Shown: positions 1 to 8,630 of the stretch, piece after piece
How the letters are laid out: each line of letters begins with the position of its first letter
Numbering within the stretch: position 1 is the first letter of the stretch
Source: Firmicutes bacterium UBA3943
GTDB lineage: Bacteria > Bacillota > UBA4882 > UBA10575 > UBA3943
NCBI GenBank assembly: GCA_002385625.1
Contig: DGDV01000054.1
Span: forward strand, 477-64,476
Length of the DNA: 64,000 nt
Reading direction: 5' to 3'
Program-made: the position numbers and the translations under genes
The notes under the pieces: model-generated
What the model was told of the DNA's origin: nothing
Database searches by the model: none
What the model saw: only the letters and a program-made list of their open reading frames with translations

Positions 1-114
1 CAGGATCGGGGGTTGCTGGAGGAGCTGAAACAGAATGTACGGAAAACTCCGGTGAAAACCATGGATGGTTTAGCGAAAGAGCTTCAAGCCATCTATGAGG
101 CAATAACATTCTGA
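1..114 (+). CDS. 3' end of a gene truncated by the window edge (unknown product)
   Basis: Open frame 1 runs from the window edge to TGA at 112-114 (...DGLAKELQAIYEAITF*). It is too short to assign. It lies 15 nt upstream of the next same-strand gene, so it is probably part of the same sugar cluster. Confidence 0.3.
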   Translation, partial: QDRGLLEELKQNVRKTPVKTMDGLAKELQAIYEAITF

Positions 115-129
115 CAAAGGGGATGCATT

Positions 130-1338
130 ATGAGCGATGAGTTTTTAAGACCTTGTTTGTTTTGCCAAAGTAAAAACCTGACGGATGTCTCTGAGGCAGG
201 TAAAGGACTGCGTGTCCGGGAACTGGGCAGGAAAATTGATATTAAACTTACCGTTTGTAATGATTGTGGGCTTTTATTCCAAAATCCTCTGGTGGAGAAG
301 GAACTTTTACAGCGGTATTTAGAGAAGCATTACACTGGTTTTAAAAACATTGATCTTGCTGTAGAACGCCCAATAAACCAAGTGACCTGCTCACAAAGGG
401 ACTTTCTTTTGAAGCATATCCATTATAAACCGGAAGATCCTGTTCGCCTTTTGGAAATTGGCTGTTATGAAGGGGACTTCTTACGGCTTTTTGCGGATTA
501 TCGGTGGGAACTCCGGGGGATCGAGCCATCGGAGAGCGGCGCCGCCTATGCCGAGAAGAAATACGGGTTAAAAATTGACAGAAGTCTTATGGAAGAGGTG
601 GAGTTTAAACCGGGCGAGTATGACGTTATTGTATTACGCCATGTTCTGGAACACATCCTGGACCCAGGCGAGCAAATAGCCCGCTTGTATGAAAGCATCT
701 CACCAAATGGCTATATTTATATCGTGGTCCCTAATGCCAAGACACCTTGGATTAGTATCACCAATGGCTTTTTCACCCTTGAACATATTACCCATTTTAC
801 CATCGCCACTTTAGGGAATTTATTGCGAAAAGCCGGCTTTGAAGTAATTGCCGTTGACGATCAGCCAAATTTTGTTGAAATACACATGATCGGCAAAAAA
901 GTTGCTGAAAAACCTGTTTTCCGGATGAGCAACGACAGAGACGACATTTTGCAGGCAATCCATAGTTACCAAACTGAACGGCAACGTCTCCGGGAAGAAG
1001 TGCACCAACGGCTTGTAGGATTGGTAGCAGAGTCAGGGAAGACCAGAGTTGTCATTTACGGCGCCGGTGGTCATACCGAGGACCTTCTGGAGTTGTTCGA
1101 TTTCTCCCAGTTCCATGTGCTGGGTATTGCGGATAAAAACCGCTCCCGGCAGGGGGAATCTTTTTATGGTTATGAGATTATTCCTCCGGAGCAAATTTTG
1201 GCTTTAGCCCCGGATTATGTGATTATATCCAGCTACGATTTTCAGGAAGAGATCTATAACGCCATCAGTTATCTGCAGGATCATGGCATCAAGGTTGTTA
1301 AGCTTTACGATCGCGTGAAAGCATTTTACTACTATTAA
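130..1338 (+). CDS. SAM-dependent methyltransferase with N-terminal zinc ribbon and C-terminal Rossmann-like domain
   Basis: 402-aa ORF. It has Cys pairs CLFC...CNDC at the N-terminus, the SAM-binding motif LLEIGCYEGDF, and a C-terminal VVIYGAGGH segment. The three-part architecture resembles sugar C/N-methyltransferases of the TylCIII type. Confidence 0.75.
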   Translation: MSDEFLRPCLFCQSKNLTDVSEAGKGLRVRELGRKIDIKLTVCNDCGLLFQNPLVEKELLQRYLEKHYTGFKNIDLAVERPINQVTCSQRDFLLKHIHYKPEDPVRLLEIGCYEGDFLRLFADYRWELRGIEPSESGAAYAEKKYGLKIDRSLMEEVEFKPGEYDVIVLRHVLEHILDPGEQIARLYESISPNGYIYIVVPNAKTPWISITNGFFTLEHITHFTIATLGNLLRKAGFEVIAVDDQPNFVEIHMIGKKVAEKPVFRMSNDRDDILQAIHSYQTERQRLREEVHQRLVGLVAESGKTRVVIYGAGGHTEDLLELFDFSQFHVLGIADKNRSRQGESFYGYEIIPPEQILALAPDYVIISSYDFQEEIYNAISYLQDHGIKVVKLYDRVKAFYYY

Positions 1339-1418
1339 GCCTCAAGGAATAAGGTATTTTTGTTCTATGCAGACCTATGAATTAACAAAAGTTATGGGCA
1401 AAAAGAGGGAGACAAATA

Positions 1419-2633
1419 ATGGAACGCAACGGGCAGATGAGAAAAAGAAAGGTACTGGCTGTGACCGGTATCCGGTCGGAATTTGATATCCTCAGGCCGG
1501 TTCTGACCGCGTTACAAGAGGCCGGGTTCGAGGTGGGTCTGGTGGTCTCCGGGGCCCACCTGTCCGATTGGCATGGAAATACCCTTGCTTTGGTGGAACA
1601 AGAGGGGTTTAAGATTGTGGACAAGATCGATTCCCTCTTTATGACCAACCGGGAGACCCAGCGGATCAAGGGCATTGGTGCGCTGGTGACCGGTTTGGCC
1701 CAGACCGTGGAACGGGAGAGTCCCGATTTTTTGGTGGTGGTGGGGGACCGGGAGGAGAGCATCGCCACTGCGCTGGTGGGTAACTACATGGGAGTTTTGG
1801 TTGCCCACATTTCCGGCGGCGATCCGGTATATGGGCATACAGATGATCCGGTCCGCCATGCCGTCTCTAAGCTGGCCCATATCCATTTCACCATCACCGA
1901 GCAGCACCAGCGGATCTTGGAGAAGATGGGTGAGGACAGTTTTCGCATTTTTAATGTAGGCAACCCGGCCTTGGACCGGATCCGGCAGGAGCCCTCTTTG
2001 AGCCTGGCGGAGATCAGCGCAAAACTGGACTTTGATTTGACCGATGGATGTTATGCGGTGTTGATTAAACATCCTTTGGCTGCCGAGAAAGAGAGCGCTT
2101 ACCGGCAGATGCGGGTTACCTTGGAAGCCCTGGAGGAGCTGGGCGTGGAAAAGGGCCTTAAGACCGTGGGTATTTTCCCCAATACCGATCCCGGCAGTTA
2201 TGACATCCTGCGGGCCATTGAAGAATTTAGCGCTTCCAAATGGATTAAATTCTATAAAACACTGGAAAGAAGGATTTTTATCAACCTTGTGCGCCACGCC
2301 TTGGTTTTGGTGGGCAATTCCAGTATGGGTATTGTTGAGGCGCCCTTTTATAAGTTGCCAGTGGTCAATGTGGGCAACCGGCAAAGGGGAAGGTTAAACA
2401 GCGGCAATGTTCGCTTTGTCGCCCATGACAAGGAAGCGATCAAGGCTGAAGTGGTAAAGGCCTGCTTCGATCAGGAATACCGGGATTATGTCCAGGGATT
2501 GAAGAACATTTATGGCGATGGCTTTGCCGGCCAGCGGATCGCCGGGGTTTTAGCGGGTATCGACCCCAAGGACAAGCGCTGGTTGGTGAAAAAACTCTCT
2601 TATGTGGAGGGGGATGCGCAATATGAAGCATAA
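1419..2633 (+). CDS. neuC: Hydrolysing NDP-N-acetylglucosamine 2-epimerase (NeuC/LegG family)
   Basis: 404-aa ORF with an AGAGGGAG RBS upstream. Motifs VLAVTGIRSEFDILRPV, VAHISGGD and LVGNSSMGIVEAP are typical of NeuC-type hydrolysing 2-epimerases. Confidence 0.8.
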   Translation: MERNGQMRKRKVLAVTGIRSEFDILRPVLTALQEAGFEVGLVVSGAHLSDWHGNTLALVEQEGFKIVDKIDSLFMTNRETQRIKGIGALVTGLAQTVERESPDFLVVVGDREESIATALVGNYMGVLVAHISGGDPVYGHTDDPVRHAVSKLAHIHFTITEQHQRILEKMGEDSFRIFNVGNPALDRIRQEPSLSLAEISAKLDFDLTDGCYAVLIKHPLAAEKESAYRQMRVTLEALEELGVEKGLKTVGIFPNTDPGSYDILRAIEEFSASKWIKFYKTLERRIFINLVRHALVLVGNSSMGIVEAPFYKLPVVNVGNRQRGRLNSGNVRFVAHDKEAIKAEVVKACFDQEYRDYVQGLKNIYGDGFAGQRIAGVLAGIDPKDKRWLVKKLSYVEGDAQYEA

Positions 2634-3288
2634 ACTGTTGGTTCTTTCCCCTCATCCCGACGATGAAACCTTGGGCGCCGGCGGAACGCTGCTTAAGTAT
2701 AAGGCGGCGGGGCACGGGATCTTCTGTTTGAACTTTACCGACATGAAACCGGAGTACGGTTTTTCCGCCCAGGAGGTTGCCCGCCGGCAGGGTGAAATCG
2801 CTGAGGCCGGCAGGCTCCTGGGCTGGGATGGCTTTTATAACTTGCAGTACCGCCCGGCCGGCCTGGATGAAGTCCCGCGGCGGCGGCTGATTGAAGAGAT
2901 CGCCCGGGTGGTCGGGGAAGTACAACCGGATATAATGATTCTCCCATTCCAACATGATGTCCACTCGGACCACCGGGTCGTATTTGAGGCAGGTTTGGCC
3001 TGTACCAAGATCTTCCGTTACCCCTTCCTGCGCCGGATCTTGGTGATGGAGATCATTTCCGAGACGGAGTTTTCCGGAAGCAACTCTGGCTTTCATCCCA
3101 ATTACTTTGTGGACATCTCCGACTGGTTTGACCGGAAAGTTCAGGTAATGAAGGCTTACGGGAGTGAGTTGGGGGATTTCCCCTTTCCCCGCAGCGAAGA
3201 GCATCTCCGGGCTTTAGCGATGCACAGGGGCGTTATGGCCGGAACATGCTACGCCGAAGGCTTCATGCTGCTGAAATGGGTGGATTAG
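2623..3288 (+). CDS. PIG-L/LmbE family de-N-acetylase
   Basis: LVLSPHPDDETLGAGGT and HSDH motifs match the zinc-dependent LmbE/PIG-L deacetylase fold. The ORF opens at 2602. ATG 2623 (or 2614) follows GGAGG at 2606-2610, and the gene overlaps the neuC stop. Confidence 0.8.
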   Translation: MKHKLLVLSPHPDDETLGAGGTLLKYKAAGHGIFCLNFTDMKPEYGFSAQEVARRQGEIAEAGRLLGWDGFYNLQYRPAGLDEVPRRRLIEEIARVVGEVQPDIMILPFQHDVHSDHRVVFEAGLACTKIFRYPFLRRILVMEIISETEFSGSNSGFHPNYFVDISDWFDRKVQVMKAYGSELGDFPFPRSEEHLRALAMHRGVMAGTCYAEGFMLLKWVD

Positions 3289-3342
3289 TGAGATCTATTG
3301 AACCATGGTTGCAAAAGACTTGGAATGGGGAGGAAAGCAAAG

Positions 3343-4389
3343 ATGATTCATCTGGGTGACAGGCCCATTGGCGAGGGAGCGCCGGTCTTTTTTATTGCTG
3401 AAGCCGGTGTTAATCATAACGGCAGCCTCAAAATGGCCAAAGAGTTGATTGATGTTGCTGTGGAAGCCGGAGCTGATGCAGTCAAATTCCAAACTTATGT
3501 GGCGGAGAATGTTATGACCAAAGATGCGGAAAAGGCTTCCTACCAAAAGGAAGTGACCGGCAGCGGCGAGACGCAGTACGAGATGGTCAAAAAAATGGAA
3601 TTGAATGAGGAACAACACCAGGAGCTTGTTGAACACTGTCGTCGCCGTGGTATTATGTTTTTGTCCACTCCCTTTGATTTTGCCAGTATCGAGCTTTTAG
3701 CCAAACTGGAAGTACCGGCCTATAAAATCAGTTCCGGGGATTTAACCAACCTGCCCTTTTTACGGGCCCTTGCGGAAAAGAAAAAACCCATCATCCTCTC
3801 GACGGGCCTGGCTACCCTTGGGGAAGTTGAGGAAGCTGTGCAATGCATAGAAGGGGCCGGTTGTCATGATTTGATCTTGCTTCATTGTACCACCAGTTAT
3901 CCTACACAATATCGTGATGTGAACCTCCGGGCCATGCTCACCTTAAAACATGCTTTTCAGTTACCCGTCGGATATTCCGACCATACTCCCGGGAGCGAGG
4001 TAGCCCTGGCTGCGGTGGCCTTGGGTGCAAGGATAATTGAAAAACATTTTACGTTAGATAAAAATTTGCCCGGGCCGGATCACCGCGCTTCCCTTGAACC
4101 GGCCGAGTTAAAAAGCTGCATTGCTGCTATTCGCAATATTGAGGCGGCCCTGGGCGATGGGATTAAACGATGCATGGCTGGGGAGTTGGTGAACAGGGAT
4201 GTGGCCAGGAAGAGCATTGTGGCGTTACAGGAGATAACAAAAGGGACCGTGCTCACCAAAGAGCTGATTGGGATTAAGCGGCCGGGGCACGGTATCCCAC
4301 CGAAATATTATGAACAGCTCATCGGTAAAGTGGCAAAAAGGACCATCAAGGCGGATCAGGTGATGGAATTCTCCGATGTGGAGTGGTGA
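3343..4389 (+). CDS. neuB: N-acylneuraminate/legionaminate synthase (NeuB/LegI family)
   Basis: IAEAGVNHNGSLKMAKELIDVAVEAGADAVKFQT is the NeuB signature, and a C-terminal SAF-like domain is present. ATG 3343 is preceded by GGGGAGG. The ORF track opens earlier, at 3298. Confidence 0.9.
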   Translation: MIHLGDRPIGEGAPVFFIAEAGVNHNGSLKMAKELIDVAVEAGADAVKFQTYVAENVMTKDAEKASYQKEVTGSGETQYEMVKKMELNEEQHQELVEHCRRRGIMFLSTPFDFASIELLAKLEVPAYKISSGDLTNLPFLRALAEKKKPIILSTGLATLGEVEEAVQCIEGAGCHDLILLHCTTSYPTQYRDVNLRAMLTLKHAFQLPVGYSDHTPGSEVALAAVALGARIIEKHFTLDKNLPGPDHRASLEPAELKSCIAAIRNIEAALGDGIKRCMAGELVNRDVARKSIVALQEITKGTVLTKELIGIKRPGHGIPPKYYEQLIGKVAKRTIKADQVMEFSDVEW

Positions 4390-5381
4390 CAGTGGTTGGT
4401 GGCATTCTCTTGTTAAATGTGGGACGCCGGGTGGAAATGGTGCGTCTTTTCCGGGAAACCTTGGCGGAATTAAAGATTCAGGCAATTGTATTCGGGACTG
4501 ATATTGTTCCAACTGCTCCTGCCCTCTATTTTTGTGACCAGGCGCTGCTTACGCCCAAACGGACCGACCCGGCCTTTTTCCCATATTTAACGGATGTAAT
4601 CAAAAAGAATCATATTGGTCTGGTTGTTCCCTTTATTGATCCTGACTTGGATTACCTGGCGGCCCATGCAGAAGAGCTGCGAGCGGCCTGTCCGGGGACA
4701 ACATTTCTTGTTTCGGAGGCGGAGGTCATTCAACTCTGCCGGGACAAGCTTTGCTGCTCACAAGTGCTGGCAGACAAGGGGATGTTGGTTCCCAGGTTGT
4801 TTTTGGCCCCAAGCGAGTTTGGCCCGCAGGACCTACCGTTAATTTTGAAGCCGCGGTCGGGTAGTTCCAGCCAGGGAATACGTGTGATCAGGGAACTAGA
4901 GGAATTGGCGGGGCTGAAGTGGGAGCCCGGCCAGAGCTTTATCCAACAGTTTATTGACGGCGAAGAATATACTGTGGATTGCTATGTGAGCTTAAACAGC
5001 CGTCAGATTATCAGCATCGTGCCCAGGCGGCGGCTCCAGATCCGGTCGGGGGAGATCTCTAAGGGTGTGACGGTAAAAGACCAATTGTTAGAGGATATTA
5101 CCCGGAAAGTATTGGAAGTAACAAGGGTAGTGGGGCCTGCAGCCATTCAATTTATAAAAAGCGGGGACAAGTATTATTTTACCGAAATCAATCCCCGGTT
5201 CGGCGGCGGTTTTCCCCTAAGCATTCAAGCAGGCGCCCATGCGGTGCGCTGGGTCTTGCAGGAAGTCTTTTTTTCCGCAACCATCCAACCATGTGTCGGC
5301 CAATATGAAACGGATTTGTACATGCTGAGATACGACCAATCCTTATTTTTGAAGGGAAGGGACTTGAAGGAGCATGTTTAA
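4383..5381 (+). CDS. ATP-grasp domain ligase (carboxylate-amine ligase type)
   Basis: ILKPRSGSSSQGIRVI, EYTVDCY and FTEINPRFGGGFP motifs match the ATP-grasp fold. The gene overlaps the neuB stop by 7 nt. Confidence 0.75.
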   Translation: MVTVVGGILLLNVGRRVEMVRLFRETLAELKIQAIVFGTDIVPTAPALYFCDQALLTPKRTDPAFFPYLTDVIKKNHIGLVVPFIDPDLDYLAAHAEELRAACPGTTFLVSEAEVIQLCRDKLCCSQVLADKGMLVPRLFLAPSEFGPQDLPLILKPRSGSSSQGIRVIRELEELAGLKWEPGQSFIQQFIDGEEYTVDCYVSLNSRQIISIVPRRRLQIRSGEISKGVTVKDQLLEDITRKVLEVTRVVGPAAIQFIKSGDKYYFTEINPRFGGGFPLSIQAGAHAVRWVLQEVFFSATIQPCVGQYETDLYMLRYDQSLFLKGRDLKEHV

Positions 5382-6048
5382 AGGGGTGGAGGCCCTGGTC
5401 TTCGATCTCGACGATACGCTTTATCCCGAGACCGATTTTGTTTTGAGCGGCTTTGCCGCTGTGGGCGAGTACATCCGGGAACAACTGGGCTTAGAGATTT
5501 TCCCCGAATTGAAGGAACGGTTCCTCCGGGGTGAACGGGGGGACTTGTTTACGCCTACCCTTGCCAAGTATATGGCTGTTGACGAAGACTTCATCCGGAC
5601 GCTGGTAGATGTTTACCGTCGGCATACTCCCATGATTCATCTGTATGAAGATGCCGCAGCGGTTCTGGCGGCGTACAGCCAAGTGAAGAAACTCGGGTTG
5701 ATCACCGATGGTTGGCTGGAGGTACAAAAGCGGAAAGTTAAAGCCCTGGGTATTGAAGGCTATTTTGATGCTATTATCTACAGCGATCAATTCGGGCGAG
5801 AGTTTTGGAAGCCCCATCCGAAACCCTTTGAAGAATGCCGCGCTCTTCTTAGTACCGATTTTTCCGCCATGATCTATATCGCTGATAATCCAACCAAAGA
5901 CTTCATTGCCCCAAAGCTGCTTGGGATGGGAACGATTCGGATTTTGCGCAAGGACGGCATTTATGTCAACGAAAGTATGGAGAGTTCTTCCGGTCAGGCC
6001 GATATGACAATTAAAGACCTTCGTCAGTTATATGCTTTGGTGACATAA
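5374..6048 (+). CDS. HAD-superfamily hydrolase/phosphatase
   Basis: It has the DLDDTLY (DxDxT) catalytic motif I, a later LITDG segment and ADNPTKDF (motif IV-like). The gene overlaps the ATP-grasp stop by 8 nt. Confidence 0.8.
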   Translation: MFKGVEALVFDLDDTLYPETDFVLSGFAAVGEYIREQLGLEIFPELKERFLRGERGDLFTPTLAKYMAVDEDFIRTLVDVYRRHTPMIHLYEDAAAVLAAYSQVKKLGLITDGWLEVQKRKVKALGIEGYFDAIIYSDQFGREFWKPHPKPFEECRALLSTDFSAMIYIADNPTKDFIAPKLLGMGTIRILRKDGIYVNESMESSSGQADMTIKDLRQLYALVT

Positions 6049-6066
6049 GCGCTAGGGGTGGATCGG

Positions 6067-7131
6067 ATGAACGAAATGCTGTTGGAAAAGGCAATAATAG
6101 ACGGTCAAAGTTCGATTATCAGCGCAGTCAAGAAGCTGAACGAAAATGGACTGCAGTTTTTGATGGTAGCGGATGAAAATGGCGTTTTAATCGGAACCGT
6201 GACCGATGGTGATGTCCGACGGGGACTTTTGCGAAATATCTCCTTGAACGAGCCGGTCTCTTCTGTGATGAACACCAATCCTAAATGGGTTTATATCGGA
6301 GAGGTGCAAAAAGTCCACGAGCTGATGTTGCTGCACCGGATTCGCGTTATGCCGGTGTTGAATAGGGAACACAAAATTGTGGATTTTATCCGGTTGGATG
6401 CCTTTGCCGAAAAGCGCTTTTTATACGCTCCGAAAAACAACCAGGTGCTAATTATGGCAGGAGGAAAGGGGACCCGGCTTGATCCCTTCACCAAGATCCT
6501 GCCCAAACCCCTCATTCCTGTGGGAGATACGCCAATTATCGAAGTGATTATGAAAAAATTCCAGCACTACGGATTCAATGATTTCATCATTTCCTTGAAT
6601 TATAAGGCGGAGTTGATAAAGCTCTACTTTGCCGAGAACCCCGACGGTTATAACATCTCCTATACCATGGAAAAGGAGGCGCTGGGAACCGCCGGCGCCA
6701 TCCGTTTGGCCAAAGACCGCTTGGACAAAACTTTCATCGTTTCCAATTGTGATGTCATTGTCGATGTCGATTTTGAGGAGATGCTCCATTACCATCAGGG
6801 CCAAAGAAATCACGCCACCATTGTTGGGGTGGTGAAAAATATCCAGGTTCCTTACGGTGTCATCCGGGCCAAGGATGGCGATCTGGTGGAAATGGTGGAG
6901 AAACCCGAATATAACGTGGTGATCAACTCCGGGGTTTATGTATTGGAACCGGACTTGATTGATCTGATCCCGGCGAATAAAATGATCAATATGCCCGATC
7001 TGTTGCTCCAGGCCAAAGAGGAAGGGTTCAAAGTAGGGGTTTTCCCCGTCAGTACCGAGTGGTTTGATGTCGGGCAATGGGAAGAATACAAGCGGACCTT
7101 GGACTATTTTAAAAATGTGGAAGGGATGTAG
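6067..7131 (+). CDS. CBS-domain sugar-phosphate nucleotidyltransferase (PtmE-like)
   Basis: An N-terminal tandem CBS region is followed by the nucleotidyltransferase signature LIMAGGKGTRL. ATG 6067 follows AGGGGTGG. The ORF opens at GTG 6058. Confidence 0.85.
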   Translation: MNEMLLEKAIIDGQSSIISAVKKLNENGLQFLMVADENGVLIGTVTDGDVRRGLLRNISLNEPVSSVMNTNPKWVYIGEVQKVHELMLLHRIRVMPVLNREHKIVDFIRLDAFAEKRFLYAPKNNQVLIMAGGKGTRLDPFTKILPKPLIPVGDTPIIEVIMKKFQHYGFNDFIISLNYKAELIKLYFAENPDGYNISYTMEKEALGTAGAIRLAKDRLDKTFIVSNCDVIVDVDFEEMLHYHQGQRNHATIVGVVKNIQVPYGVIRAKDGDLVEMVEKPEYNVVINSGVYVLEPDLIDLIPANKMINMPDLLLQAKEEGFKVGVFPVSTEWFDVGQWEEYKRTLDYFKNVEGM

Positions 7132-7845
7132 ATGATTGGTAGTAAAAAGATTTTAGGGTTCATCCCCGCCCGTGGCGGCTCCAAGGGATTGCCCCGGAAG
7201 AACATTAAGCTTCTTTCCGGCAAGCCGCTGATCGCCTGGACGATCGAAGAAGCGAGAAAAAGCGCAATATTTGACCGGATCCTCGTCAGTACCGATGACG
7301 AAGAAATTGCTGAGGTGGCCCGGGCTTACGGCGCCGATGTGCCTTTTATTCGTCCGAAAGAATTGGCCACTGATGAGGCTAAAGGCATCGATGTCTTCTT
7401 CCATGCCGTTCAATGGTTGCGTGATCATGGGGAAACCTACGATTTGTTTATGCTGCTGCAACCCACCTCTCCGCTGCGGATCGCCGATGATATCATGGGC
7501 GCCGTGGCGCTCTTACAGGAAAAACAGGCCAAAGCGGTGGTTTCCGTTTGTGAGTGTGATCACCCGCCCTTTTGGATGAATACCCTTGGACCGGATTTAT
7601 GCATGAAGGATTTTTTGCGGCAGGATGTCCTTGGTAAGTCACGGCAGGAATTACCAGTATATTACCAACTTAACGGGGCCGTCTATGTGGGGGAAATGGA
7701 TTACCTCCAAACTAACCTGGGCTTTTTTGGCGACAAGACCTATGCTTATATCATGCCCAGGGAGCGTTCGGTGGATATTGATACAGAGATTGATTTTCTG
7801 TTGGCCCAGGTTTTAATGGACCGGAGGCTCATCGGTAAAGGTTAA
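7132..7845 (+). CDS. neuA: CMP-nonulosonate synthetase (acylneuraminate cytidylyltransferase, NeuA/LegF family)
   Basis: GFIPARGGSKGLPRKNI is the CTP_transf_3 signature. The ATG immediately follows the previous stop (TAGATG). Confidence 0.85.
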   Translation: MIGSKKILGFIPARGGSKGLPRKNIKLLSGKPLIAWTIEEARKSAIFDRILVSTDDEEIAEVARAYGADVPFIRPKELATDEAKGIDVFFHAVQWLRDHGETYDLFMLLQPTSPLRIADDIMGAVALLQEKQAKAVVSVCECDHPPFWMNTLGPDLCMKDFLRQDVLGKSRQELPVYYQLNGAVYVGEMDYLQTNLGFFGDKTYAYIMPRERSVDIDTEIDFLLAQVLMDRRLIGKG

Positions 7846-7883
7846 AGAAGGAGAAAATTCGTACCCGGGGAAGGATATAATCT

Positions 7884-8630
7884 TTGGTGGAGGTGGCTTC
7901 TCTGGGACGGCGGTTATTAATGTTTGCTCTTTTGGTTATTACCGGGTTTTTCATTGGCCTTGCCGGCCCGCGCCTATTGGCACGGGCTTTTCGTCATGGC
8001 TTGGAATGGACCCTCCGGCAGCAGTTGGCCAGCGCCGAAGAAGTCCGAGTCAACCTGGGACCGCTTTCTCCCGGCGACTTGATCCGGGGGATGATCAAGG
8101 ATCTTACCGTGGAGGGCGTTAATTTCACCACTCATGACGGTGTACATTACCAAAGATTATTCCTGCAAAGCCGTAAGTTGCAGTTTGACCCGGTACAACT
8201 TTTTTTTGCCAAAGAGCTGATCTGGCGGAAAGTCGGCCCGACCAGGCTTATTGTCCGGACCAACCAAGCGGCGTTAACCGCATGGTTGCGCCGGAAGTAC
8301 TCTGACTGGCAGCCGGAGGTAAGCCTGACGCCGGGTTTTGTCAAAATCAGTGGTGAGTATGATTTTGAGCTGATAAAAATTCCTTTTTCAGCTACTGGGC
8401 GCTTGCAAAGGAAAACCGGGCAGAGTTTGTTTTTTTTACCGGAGACGATTGAGGTGGGAGGATTTACGGTTCCCCCAAAATGGACCAAAGGCCAGCTGCA
8501 AGAGTTGCTTGGCAGCTTGGAGTTCCCGTTGGAAGTGCCCTTTCCGCTGGAGTTATCTTCCTTTAAAATTTACCAAGGGTATTTGGAAGCCGAGTGGCGG
8601 GAGCCACCGGTGGAGGAGGTTGGACGATGA
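7884..8630 (+). CDS. DUF2993 (LmeA-like) membrane-anchored putative lipid-binding protein
   Basis: 248-aa ORF with one N-terminal TM helix (LLMFALLVITGFFIGLAG), followed by the repetitive beta-rich pattern typical of DUF2993. The start (TTG 7884, GTG 7887 or ATG 7920) is uncertain. Confidence 0.6.
   Translation: MVEVASLGRRLLMFALLVITGFFIGLAGPRLLARAFRHGLEWTLRQQLASAEEVRVNLGPLSPGDLIRGMIKDLTVEGVNFTTHDGVHYQRLFLQSRKLQFDPVQLFFAKELIWRKVGPTRLIVRTNQAALTAWLRRKYSDWQPEVSLTPGFVKISGEYDFELIKIPFSATGRLQRKTGQSLFFLPETIEVGGFTVPPKWTKGQLQELLGSLEFPLEVPFPLELSSFKIYQGYLEAEWREPPVEEVGR

Noticed and set aside
1512-2384. Long antisense ORFs inside well-supported genes. Examples: 1512-2384 (290 aa) opposite neuC, 6448-7077 opposite the nucleotidyltransferase, 8960-9625 opposite lpxB, 24539-25201 opposite the ABC-F gene, and 58868-59911 (347 aa) opposite infB.
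   Set aside because: Each lies entirely inside a gene whose product carries unmistakable family motifs. Their translations are low-complexity and Arg/Gly/Pro/His-rich with no recognisable motifs or RBS. They are the typical shadow ORFs of GC-rich coding DNA.
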